From Heterodontus francisci (taxonomy: Eukaryota), in contig NC_090377.1 of assembly GCF_036365525.1 (NCBI RefSeq), forward strand, positions 84,974,024 to 85,038,023: a DNA stretch of 64,000 bases, read 5' to 3'. This document shows, one piece after another, positions 1-9,870 of the stretch. Position 1 is the first letter of the stretch. The number at the start of each line of letters is the position of its first letter. A program made the position numbers and the translations under genes. Below the pieces are notes generated by a model, which searched no databases, was not told the origin of the DNA, and saw only the letters and a program-made list of their open reading frames with translations.

Positions 1-340
1 GTAGCACTTTTGTCTCTGAAATAAATGGTTCAGGGCTCAAGTCCCACCAAGGCCCTGTCTACCCTTTTGGGTGGATGTAAAAAGTCCTATTTCAAGGCAC
101 TATTTCAAAGAAGAGCTGGGTAGATATCCTTGGCCAATATTCACTCCTCCATCAACATCATGAAAACAGATTACCTGGTCGTTATCACATTGCTGTTTGT
201 GGGAGTTTGCTGTGTGCAAATAGGCTGCTGTGTTCCTTACTTTAGAACAGCGACTAGACTTCAAAAGTACTTCATTGGCTGTAACCTGCTTTGAGAAATC
301 CAATGGTTATGAAAAGTGCGATATAAATACAAATCTTTTT
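1..340 (+). mobile_element. Deu-domain SINE (SacSINE1/AmnSINE-like), decayed
   Basis: tRNA-like B-box remnant, then GGGTGGATGTAAAA..GGCACTATTTCAAAGAAGAG..GGCCAATATT..CATTGCTGTTTGTGGGAG and tail ATATAAATACAAATCTTT; second copy at 22110-22420. Confidence 0.75.
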
Positions 341-659
341 AAAAATAAGTCCCAGCAATTAAAATCACATTGCCTCTGCTGCCACTGGTAGGAAGGAAAT
401 GCACTCAAGGGTATGGTTTCCTGTCAGGATCTCACTCCTTTAAAATCCACTCCAAGATTGCCCGCCAATCCACAGTACATATCTGCTGCCAGTTTCAACA
501 TTTAAGCTGATGGCATATTAACCGTACATGGGCAATATTTGCACTACTATCAGGATTTATAATCCTGATGATCTCACTATTGAATTTCAGTAGACTTCAA
601 ACCAACAGAATATGCACAAACTCTTAATAATCATTTTTCCAAATATAGTAGTACAGAAC

Positions 660-967
660 TTGAGAATTGCTGAAAATAGAGACACGTTGTCGAAGCTTTT
701 CATTTTGCACTCATCGGGACATACGCAAGAATAACAAATGTAAGGGAAAACAACAAGCTTGGCAGTTAACTGTCAGTCACCGTAAACTGGTGCATTCTCC
801 ATGGCAACGCCTCTACCAATCAGAGTTCACTTGCCAACCAATCAGCATTCTTTTCTCATGCAGTATAAGTTGTTGTTTTCCCTTACATCGGTTATTCTTG
901 CGTATTGTCCTGATGAGTGCAAGATGAAAAGCTTTGACAACATGTCTCTATTTTCAGCAATTCTCAA
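660..967. mobile_element. Penelope-like element remnant: inverted ~100-bp arms, each with a minimal hammerhead motif
   Basis: 660-757 is the near-exact reverse complement of 869-967; right arm reads TTGTC-CTGATGA-GTGCAAGAT-GAAA-AGCTTT-GACAA. Confidence 0.7.
905..940 (+). ncRNA. Minimal type I hammerhead ribozyme motif
   Basis: Stem I TTGTC(905-909)/GACAA(936-940), core CTGATGA(910-916) and GAAA(926-929), palindromic AAGCTT in place of stem III. Confidence 0.6.
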
Positions 968-1572
968 CCATTTTTCCCTTCCCCCCTGCCCCCCCGCCCC
1001 CGAAAATAAATCTTGCACCGGTCCTCAGGATTTCTTGCACTTTAGCCTTTTACTTCATGCCAAGTTGATGGAACATACAGTATGCCTGTAACTTAACGTA
1101 TGACAAGCTGGTGCCCCACAGCACGCTCAGTGTAACTACAACCCATCAGCCAATTTTTAGGACAATTTTTAAGTTGTCAGCTCCTTGGGTGGTGTGTCAA
1201 CTTTTGTGAAGTTGCTAGTTTTCTAGATTGGCAATTCTGAGAGTGGCAAGGCTCAGATGGAAAAAATATTCAAGGAAACCCACATCTCCCAGAAGGCTGC
1301 AAGAATATTATAAAAAATATTTAAAAAATACTTGAAACTTTGTTTGAGACTACTGAACACTCCTGGGACTCAAACTATATTCTTGAGCTGCTTTAGCAAT
1401 GCTTTCACTGCTTATAATATCATTCAAACCACTGAAGTGTGCTCCAACCTTGTAACACATTCTCAGCCATCTGTTATTTTCGACATAACATATGCAACAC
1501 TAACTTGGTGTCTCATTACAAAAAAGGAGTTTGCAACAACCAAGCACCAAATGAGATGCTATAGTATCATAC

Positions 1573-1685
1573 CTTCTTCCATGGTGAAAAGTTATGGAAT
1601 GGATTCATCAGATCCCACATCTTAATGAACTTAAAACAGCTGTAACTTGCAGCATCCCAGTGTGATTTTGTAGCTTTCACAAATG
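1573..1685 (-). CDS. Host-gene exon (phase 1 to 0): (S)FVKATKSHWDAASYSCFKFIKMWDLMNPFHNFSPWKK
   Basis: Acceptor caattAG (weak pyrimidine tract), donor AAG|GTATG, open frame of 113 nt, phase matches exon 2291-2340. Confidence 0.5.
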
Positions 1686-2290
1686 CTAATTGAATTTGTA
1701 TATTAATAAGAAAGCCTTATCATTTTGAAATCAGCTAGTTAAAAAGAAGTAGAATTAAATTTGACACTGTTCATTTCATTTATAATTTCTGTTGATTTTT
1801 TAAACTTATCTTCAAACAATGCCTGCTATATGACTTGAAGGCATGACTGAAGCTAGTAATGTAAGGTAGAAGAATTAACATCCTTATGTGGAAGTTCAAG
1901 CTTTCTTGCTTTTCCGACTGAGGGAGACGATTACCATTTGCTTAAATTAAACTGTATCAAACCTGAGGGCCAACCCTTCAAGCAGCTCTTCAATTAAGGT
2001 TGGCAGTTCCTTTAAAAGAGATTAACATTAGTAATTGGGGACATTTAGCTAGAAGGTAGAGTTTAGTCAGGTGGAAGGCTGTCTGCAACATCTACAGCCT
2101 TTGCTGCAAAAAATCTTCAAAAGTTACTGGCCGAATGGTTTGAGAACATTGATCTATCTATGGTGATTGCCACCTGAGTTACAGATCCTTGCGAATATCA
2201 GCAGCAGACATCCATGAAAATGATTAAATACTTTGTTTGCTTTGATAAATAAACATCAGAGAATATTGCTGAATGCTCCATCATCCTTAC

Positions 2291-2340
2291 ATAACAGTTT
2301 GCATGTCCAACTGTGAATGCCATTCTTTTCTCCAGAAATA
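2291..2340 (-). CDS. Host-gene exon (phase 2 to 1): (S)ISGEKNGIHSWTCKLL
   Basis: Acceptor ctttttatgattatAG, donor AT|GTAAGG, 50 nt; if this donor is skipped the frame ends CKDDGAFSNIL-stop at 2256. Confidence 0.55.
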
Positions 2341-2370
2341 CTATAATCATAAAAAGTTTTCAGAATTATA

Positions 2371-5300
2371 GGGCCGAATTTTCCTGGCCCATTGGCATTT
2401 GGCTGGGAGGCGGGAGGGCTAGAAATATGGCAGAGAAAGATGTTGGGATGGGAGCCAATTGAACCACTTAAGTGGTTGAGTTTTGGGAACTTCCCACTCT
2501 GCGCACATTTTGCCTGCATCATGAGGGCACGCCACCATGTGGAGAGACTGCCAGGTAAAGTCTGGCAGCCTCCCAGCAAATTCCAGGCTGGTGGGACCTC
2601 TTTTATGGGGATTCCATGGCCCAGAGAGGGCCCCCTGGATGATATGGCTGACCTGTGGCAATGGCGCTGCCGGTGCACCACAACCTCCCACCCTCCTCGA
2701 TCGCCAGGGCCTGCTTGTCTGACCCCAGCTTCCTCACAAAAACTCCCCTTCTCTTTGAGGACGTCCACATCCTTTTTTTAATTCATTCATGGGATGTGGG
2801 CGTCACTGGCTATGCCAGCATTTATTGCCCATCCCTAATTGCCCTTGAGAAGGTGGTGGTGAGCTGCCTTCTTGAAACGCTGCAGTCTATGTGAGGTAGG
2901 TAGACCCACAGTGCTGTTAGGAAGGGAGTTCCAGGATTTTGACCCAGTGACAGTGAAGGAACGGCGATATAGTTCCAAGTCAGGATGTTGTGTGACTTGG
3001 AGGGGAACTTGCAGGTGGTGGTGTTCCCATGTATTTGCTGCCCTTGTCCTTCTAGTTGGTAGAGGTTGCAGGTTTGGAAGGTGGTGTCTAAGGAGCCTTG
3101 GTGCATTGCTGCAGTGCATCTTGTAGATGGTACACACTGCTGCTACTGTGCGTCGGTAGTGGAGGGAGTGAATGTTCGTAGATGGTGTGCCAATCAAGTG
3201 GGCTGCTTTGTTCTGGATGGTGTCGAGCTTCTTGAGTGTTGTTGGAGCTGCACCCATCCAGGCAAGTGGAGAGTATTCCATCACACTCCTGACTTGAGCC
3301 TTGTAGATGGTGGACAGGCTTTGGGGAGTCAGGAGGTGAGTTACTCGCCTCAGGATTCCTAGCCTCTGACCTGCTCTTGTAGCCATGGTATTTATATGGC
3401 TACTCCAGTTCAGTTTCTGGTCAATGGTAGCCCCTAGGATGTTGATAATGGGGGATTCAGCGATGGTAATGCCATTGAATGTCAGGGGGAGATGGTTAGA
3501 TTTTCTTTTGTTGGAGATGGTCATTGCCTGGCACTTGTGTGGCACAAATGTTACTTGCCACTTATCAGCCCAAGCCTGGATATTGTCCAGGTCTTGCTGC
3601 ATTTCTACACAGACTGCTTCAGTATCTGAGGAGTCACGAATGGTGCTGAACATTGTACAATCATCAGCGAACATCCCAACTTCTGACCTTATGATTGAAG
3701 GAAGGTCATTGATGAAGCAGCTGAAGATGGTTGGGCCTGGGACACTACCCTGAGGAACACCTGCAGTGATGTCCTGGAGCTCAGATGATTGACCTCCAAC
3801 AACCACAACCATCTTCCTTTGTGCTAGGTATGACTCCAGCCAGCGGAGGGTTTTCCCCCTGATTCCCATTGACCTCAGTTTTGCTCGGGCTCCTTGATGC
3901 CATACTCAGTCAAATGCTGCCTTGATGTCAAGGGCAGTCACTCTCACCTCATCTCTTGAGTTCAGCTCTTTTGTCCATGTTTGAACCAAGGCTGTAATGA
4001 GGTCAGGAGCTGAGTGGCCCTGGCGGAACCCAAACTGAGCGTCACTGAGCAGGTTATTGCTAAGCAAGTGCTGCTTGATGGCACTGTTGATGACACCTTC
4101 CATCACTTTACTGATGATTGAGAGTAGGCTGATGGGGCGGTAATTGGCTGGGTTGGACTTGTCCTGCTTTTTGTGCACAGGACATACCTGGGCAATTTTC
4201 CACATTGCAGGGTAGATGCCAGTGTTGTAGCTGTACTGGAACAGCTTGGCTAGGGGCGCGGCAAGTTCTGGAGCACAGGTCTTCAGTACTATTGCCGGAA
4301 TATTGTCAGGGCCCATAGCTTTTGCAGTATCCAGTGCCTTCAGTCGTTCCTTGATATCACACGGAGTGAATCTAATTGGCTGAAGTCTGGCATCTGTGAT
4401 GCTGGGGACTTCAGGAGGAGGCCGAGATGGATCATCAACTCTGCACTTCTGGCTGAAGATTGTTGCAAATGCTTCAGCCTTATCTTTCGCACTGACGTGC
4501 TGGGTTCCCCCATCATTGAGGATGGGGATATTTGTGGAGCCACCTCCTCGAGTTAGTTGTTTAATTGTCCACCACCATTCATGGCTGGATGTGGCAGGAC
4601 TGCAGAGCTTAGATCTGATCCATTGGTTATGGGATCGCTTAGCTCTGTCTATCGCATGCTGCTTACGCAGTTTGGCATGCAAGTAGTCCTGGGTTGTAGC
4701 TTCACCAGGTTGACACCTCATTTTGAGGTATGCCTGGTGCTGCTCCTGGCATGCCCTCCTGCACTCTTCATTGAACCAGGGTTGGTCTCCTGGCTTGATG
4801 GTAATGGTAGAGTGGGGGATATGCCGGGCCATGAGGTTACAGATTGTGGTTGAGTACAATTCTGCTGCTGCTGATGGCCCACAGCGCCTCATGGATGCCC
4901 AGTTTTGCATTGCTAGATCTGTTCGAAATCTATCCCATTTAGCACGGTGATAGTGCCACACAACACAATGAACGGTATCCTCAATGTGAAGGCGGGACTT
5001 TGTCTCCACATGTACTGTGCGGTGGTCACTCCGACCAATACTGTCATGGACAGAAGCATCTGCGGCAGGCAGATTGGTGAGGACGAGATCAAGTATGTTT
5101 CTCCCTCGTGTTGGTTCCCCCACCACCTGCCGCAAACCCAGTCTAGCAACTATGTCCTTTAGGACTCGGCCAGCCCGGTCAGAAGTGGTGCTACCGAGCC
5201 ACTCTTGGTGGTGCACATTGAAGTCCCCCACCCAGAGTACATTTTGTGCCCTTGACACCCTCAGTGCTAAACACAGCAGTAGCCACTGCTAGTGGTGGCG

Positions 5301-5431
5301 CTGCTGAGGATGCAGAGCTGTCGGCCCTCTGATTGGGCCGGTGGCTCTTGGGGACGGACCGCCGTCCTCAATTGGACAGTGTCCCCTGAAGCAGTCTCTT
5401 AATTGGCTACCGCTGGCAAAAATTTCAGCCC
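2371..5431. mobile_element. Non-autonomous PIF/Harbinger-type element interrupted by a LINE
   Basis: Termini GGGCCGAATTTT / AAATTTCAGCCC; ATA on both flanks (3-bp TSD); GC-rich body split by the LINE at 2773-5266. Confidence 0.65.
2773..5266 (-). mobile_element. CR1-group LINE, 5'-truncated ORF2 (APE C-terminus plus reverse transcriptase) with 3' tail
   Basis: ORFs 3906-5258 (VGDFNVHH, NYRPISLLS, QFGFR) and 2835-3869 (GVPQGS, FADD) are in the same frame, separated by one CGA>TGA stop; tail CCCACATCCCATGAATGAATTAAAAAAA. Confidence 0.92.
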
Positions 5432-5944
5432 ATAGAAGCACCGAATCCCCTAATGAGAAGAAAAACAAGAGCTGAGTAAAAGAAAAGACAGCATATTATT
5501 TTTATGATTTTATAAATAATTGCTTTGTCCTTCTGGTGATTATTTCATTTTAAGATGAAGATTAAATGGAAAATTCCACAATATCCATTTAATAAGAGTA
5601 AGTTTTCATCGTAGTCATGCTGAAATAGAGGGGAGGTGCGTGTGGGTTGGTAGCAGCCCTGAGAAGTGCTGTGGAGCCAGGAGAAGCACTTCTGCTCTTA
5701 TTGACTCCATATCAAGAGTAAGTTAAAAAGTTAAAACCTACCTGTTTGTTGCTGGCTGCTGGTTGTCCCTTTAAAGATCGCTGGCTGGCTGCTGAGAATC
5801 TAATAGCCTGAGCATGCCTGATCCATGCTCTGCTTAGTGCAGATGAATTTCTCGGTGGGGTCCTTAAATAGGTGTTAAGCCTCTCATATTCATATACAAG
5901 CGGTCTAATGCCTATTTAAGGCAGCTGCCGTGAACACCGTGAAC

Positions 5945-6040
5945 AAAATGATGAAGAGTCACAGACCTGGAATGTTAACTCTGTTTTTCTCTACACAGAT
6001 ACTGCCAGACCTGCTGAGTATTTCTGGCACTTTCTGTTCA
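5945..6040 (+). mobile_element. Decayed Penelope-derived hammerhead-bearing short repeat
   Basis: ATGATGAAGAGTCACAGACCTGGAATGTTAACTCTG..CACAGATACTGCCAGACCTGCTGAGTATTTC, same family as 29239, 41240, 43252 and 45500. Confidence 0.6.
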
Positions 6041-7135
6041 CAGTTCTGTCTTGTTAGTTATCAAGAAAATTGTTCTATTTTTTGGATAATGAGTTATGAG
6101 TCAATAATTTACTAAAAAGCTATGATGTCGATCAGGTAGCAGATTGTTACTGAGATCTTGCAACACTTTGTAAATCAATATGTTCAACTGAGCTTAGACA
6201 TGATGTCTAAGTAGAAGGGAGTAGGCATATCTGTCTAGCTGTGGATAATCAGGTTTTTTTAATTTTGTAATAGATTTATGGACTTACAAATGCACAGAAA
6301 TGACAGACAGAAGAAGACCAGCTGGTCGATCAAGCCTGCCCCACACCACGATGACTGGACCATTATGGCCAAACACATCTTTCTTCTCATGATACCCCAC
6401 CTCACACCCCCATTGCCTTGTTAACTCCTGGAAGAGGAAAAAAAGCACAGAAAAAGCAGGGTTAATGAGGGAAAAATACTCTAACTTCCTCTCTGACATC
6501 CGCAGATGATCAAATCCAATCCAGGAAATCACATGGACCAAGCATTACCTATAAAGACACTTACCTTCTATATGATGTGCTCACTGCCCCAGTCAGGAAC
6601 TGGTCCAACTCCCCCTCCAAGGGATGTAGGTAGTCAGCATTCAACACACCAGCCAACAATGTATTCCAGAGGCTCGCAATTCTCTGGGAAAGAAGAAATG
6701 TTTGATATCCAGTCTACTCTTACACTTACGTAATCTATCAATAGGGATGTTATCCAGCCCTTTCACTATTTTATAGATCTCAGTCGGGTCACCTCTAAGT
6801 CTCTAAAGTAAATGGACCAAGGTTCTTGATCCTATTGGAGTAGCTATGGTTAATTAAGCTAAGAATAATTCTTGTAGTTCTCCTCTGGACCTTTTCTTTA
6901 AGTAAATGCACTCTGTCAGCGCAACACGAAGAGAATTCCTTTGGTGTTACTTCTGGGCAGTCCAGGACCAAGTGTGATTTCTGATGTTTGCTTCAGTCCC
7001 ATAATAGCAGTTCACATTCCCTGTAATGCAACACATTTGTTGAAGCAATATATCCTATGATTAAAATACAAAGTGAAAATATGAAACTGGTACCGAAAAG
7101 TAAAGGATTCACAGCGATAATATTTGTAATATTAC

Positions 7136-7249
7136 CTTTTAACAATCTTACAAATCTTGCTCAAGATGTAAAGAACTTTGTTCTTTGTTCCCAATAATCG
7201 CCTTCTCTCAGTTGTCAACTTAGCTCCCAAAATAGATTTACAATATTTG
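7136..7249 (-). CDS. Host-gene exon (phase 2 to 2): (R)KYCKSILGAKLTTERRRLLGTKNKVLYILSKICKIVK
   Basis: Acceptor cttcaattttcAG, donor AAG|GTAAT, 114 nt open; phases fit exons 20294-20418 and 2291-2340. Confidence 0.7.
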
Positions 7250-7596
7250 CTGAAAATTGAAGTACTTTATTTCTTTAATCTTTCCTGCTCTCTTAAGATC
7301 ATAAGAATATCAGAAATAGGAGCAAGAGTAGTCTTCTCAAAAACTTTTTATTGATTATTTACATGATTCTAATGGATATTTTATTCTCCCTCTTATTTTC
7401 ATTGGTGAATTTGTAGTTCTTTGCTTATAATGTATTTGTACATTATGCTAATGACGTAGTGACATAATAAACACTTCCTTGGTGCCCATTTTCTCTGCGA
7501 GTGCCACCCGAATATATTACAGAAAATTACGAACAGTCTGCAAATAGAGGCAGCAAACAGCAGTAGGGACTGCAATGAAGATTAGCTAGTTCCCGG

Positions 7597-7860
7597 TAAA
7601 GGTCTGCAAAGGAAACCCGACCGAGCCCAAATGCTGGATCCGGAAGTGCGACCTGACCAGACCCGAACCCGACACATGTCGTTGGGTCCCATTGGGGTCG
7701 GGTCAGGTAGCAGGCCTGGACATCAATCAGTACATGGGTAAAGGCCTGCTACCTGACCCGACCCTGACGGGACCCGACGACGTGTCGGGGTCGGGTCAGG
7801 TTGGGTCGCACTTCCGGGTCTGGCATTCGGGCTCGGTCAGGTTTCCTTTGCTGACCTTTA
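7597..7860. mobile_element. Palindromic hAT-type MITE
   Basis: ~120-bp inverted arms starting TAAAGGTC(T/A)GCAAAGGAAACC; ACCCGA subterminal repeats; 8-bp TSD GTTCCCGG (7589-7596) / GCTCCCGG (7861-7868). Confidence 0.85.
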
Positions 7861-8251
7861 GCTCCCGGTGACCTATCTGGTTGGATGGTGGAGATTTTGG
7901 TGGGTTGTGTGAAAGCTGAGCCTCAAGCTGTCTCCTCAGTTGAATGGGCCACTGGGTTCTAATGTGCATTGGATTCAAAGTGCTCATTTGGGTTAGAGAA
8001 TATTTTCAACCATCAACTAGACTGGTTTTAGGTATGATTGTTATGGACAGCTGCAGTAAAGTGTTTACCACAAATTTAGAAATAGATCAATACGGCTGTG
8101 TCCACAGGATACATTGGAAGTCCAAGAACAGAGGGCCCGAGAACCATTCAGTTCATATATTGAAAGGATGGACATGTTTTTCAGAGCTAATATCATTTTT
8201 GAACTTGAAAGTGAAAGTGAAGAGGTCAAGACCCAGAATAAGGCAATTCTT

Positions 8252-8647
8252 GAGTGCAAGATGTGGGTGTCACTGGTAAGGCCAGCATTTGTTGCCCATC
8301 CCCAATTTCCCTTGACAACTAGGTGACTTGCTGGGCCATTTTGGAGGGTAGTTAAGAGTCAACCACATCGCTGCGGGTCTGGAGTCACATGTCGACCAGA
8401 CTAGGTAAAGATGACAAATTTCTCTCCCTAAAAGACATTAGTGAACCAGATGGGCTTTTCCTCACAATCAATGATAATTGCATGGTGCCATTACTGAGAG
8501 TACCTTCCAATTGCAGATTTTTATTAACTAACTGAATTTAAATTCCACTAACTGCTGTGGTGGGATTTGAACCTGTGTCCCAAGGGAATTAGCCGGAGCT
8601 GCTGGATAAATAGCTCAGTGACATTGTCACTACACCATCCTCTCCCC
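8252..8647 (-). mobile_element. tRNA-derived SINE sharing its 3' tail with the CR1-group LINE family
   Basis: Minus strand GGGGAGAGGATGGTGTAGTG..GGTTCAAATCCCACC (A/B boxes); interrupts gypsy gag; same family as 58283-58664. Confidence 0.8.
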
Positions 8648-8759
8648 TGCTAACAGAAATTGTCCTGGAAATGTATGGCATGCTAACAAACCTTCCTGCT
8701 CCCAACAGGGCAAAAGATGTTCCATTCAAAACAATCATCACCAAGTTGGAGGAACATTT

Positions 8760-9870
8760 TGTAAGATTATTAGGTTGCTAAAAGTCACTAAACAGCATAC
8801 TAATTGTTAGCATCTAGCTATTACAAATTAACAAATGACTTGTTATTATAAAGTAACATTTAGCTTTATTAGAATCCTTCTCTGCAGTATGGTAAAGTGG
8901 AAAACTTAGGAAATAAGGTACAGTATGGACAAGATGTCAAGGCAAAGGATTCTGGGAGATTATGCCAAGTTTTAAAATGCTTACTTGCAGCAAAAAGTGT
9001 TAGACCGTGAGAACAGACAGTGCTGAATAATGTTGTCTCGTATTGAGATAAGGCATCCTCAGAAAAGTACAAACATTGAGATAAGGTGCTTAACACAAAG
9101 GCTTTTTCTATGTATTAATTGCATAAATGAAAAGGTTGGTAATCATCACAGAATGATCCTTGGTTGGTTAAGGAAAACGTCCTTTAATACAAGACTGATC
9201 ACTGATTGGTATGAGGGGAGGGCTAACTGGAAGGTTGCCAGAATACGTTGACTTGCGACCCTGCTCTTGCCAAGGTGGAGAACAATAACAAAAAACAAGA
9301 GAGACTGCGAGAGAGAGAGGAAGGCTGAGAAACTGTAGACCCAAAAAGCTGCAAAAGGGACTAGATGTGCGCTCTACCGTCCAGCCACTAATCTGGGTAC
9401 TATCTGTGTTCAACTGTTAATCACTGCCTGAGTTTGTTACTAATAGTTTATCTGAGAACTTAACAAAGTTGTCTTTACTTTATCTCTATAAAGTCGATTC
9501 ACAACAAGCTGTTTTGCTGCCAAGTCTGTTCCCACCTTAGAAGGGCGGAACAGTGGTGCAGTGGTTAGCACCGCAACCTCACAGCTCCAGGGACCCGGGT
9601 TCAATTCTGGGTACTGCCTGTGCAGAGTTTGCAAGTTTTCCCTGTAACCGTGTGGGTTTTCACCGGGTGTTCTGGTTTCCTACAACTGCCAAAGACTTGC
9701 AGGTAATAGGTAAATTGGCTATTGTAAATTCCCCCTAGTGTAGGTAGGTGGTTGGGATTACTGTAGGGTTAGTATAAATGGGTGGTTCTTGGTCGGCACA
9801 GACTCGGTGGGCCGAAGGGCCTGTTTCATTGCTGTATCTCATAAATAAAGGGGGTATAAAAAATCTTATA
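8760..9870. mobile_element. Solo LTR inserted into gypsy gag
   Basis: TGTAAGATT..AATCTTATA termini, ATTT TSD (8756-8759 / 9871-9874); removing it rejoins gag LEEHF|NPKP. Confidence 0.8.
9543..9849 (+). mobile_element. HE1-like V-SINE
   Basis: GGGCGG.ACAGTGGTGCAGTGGTTAGCAC..GGGTTCAATTC head, V-domain, CR1-like tail GGGCCGAAGGGCCTGTTTC. Confidence 0.85.

Noticed and set aside
2256-2768. 170-aa ORF as a single-exon gene
   Set aside because: Most of it runs through a Harbinger-type MITE; only 2291-2340 (or to 2256) behaves as a spliced exon.
9543-9615. tRNA genes at SINE heads (also 39143, 49687, 58283)
   Set aside because: They continue into SINE bodies and LINE-derived tails.
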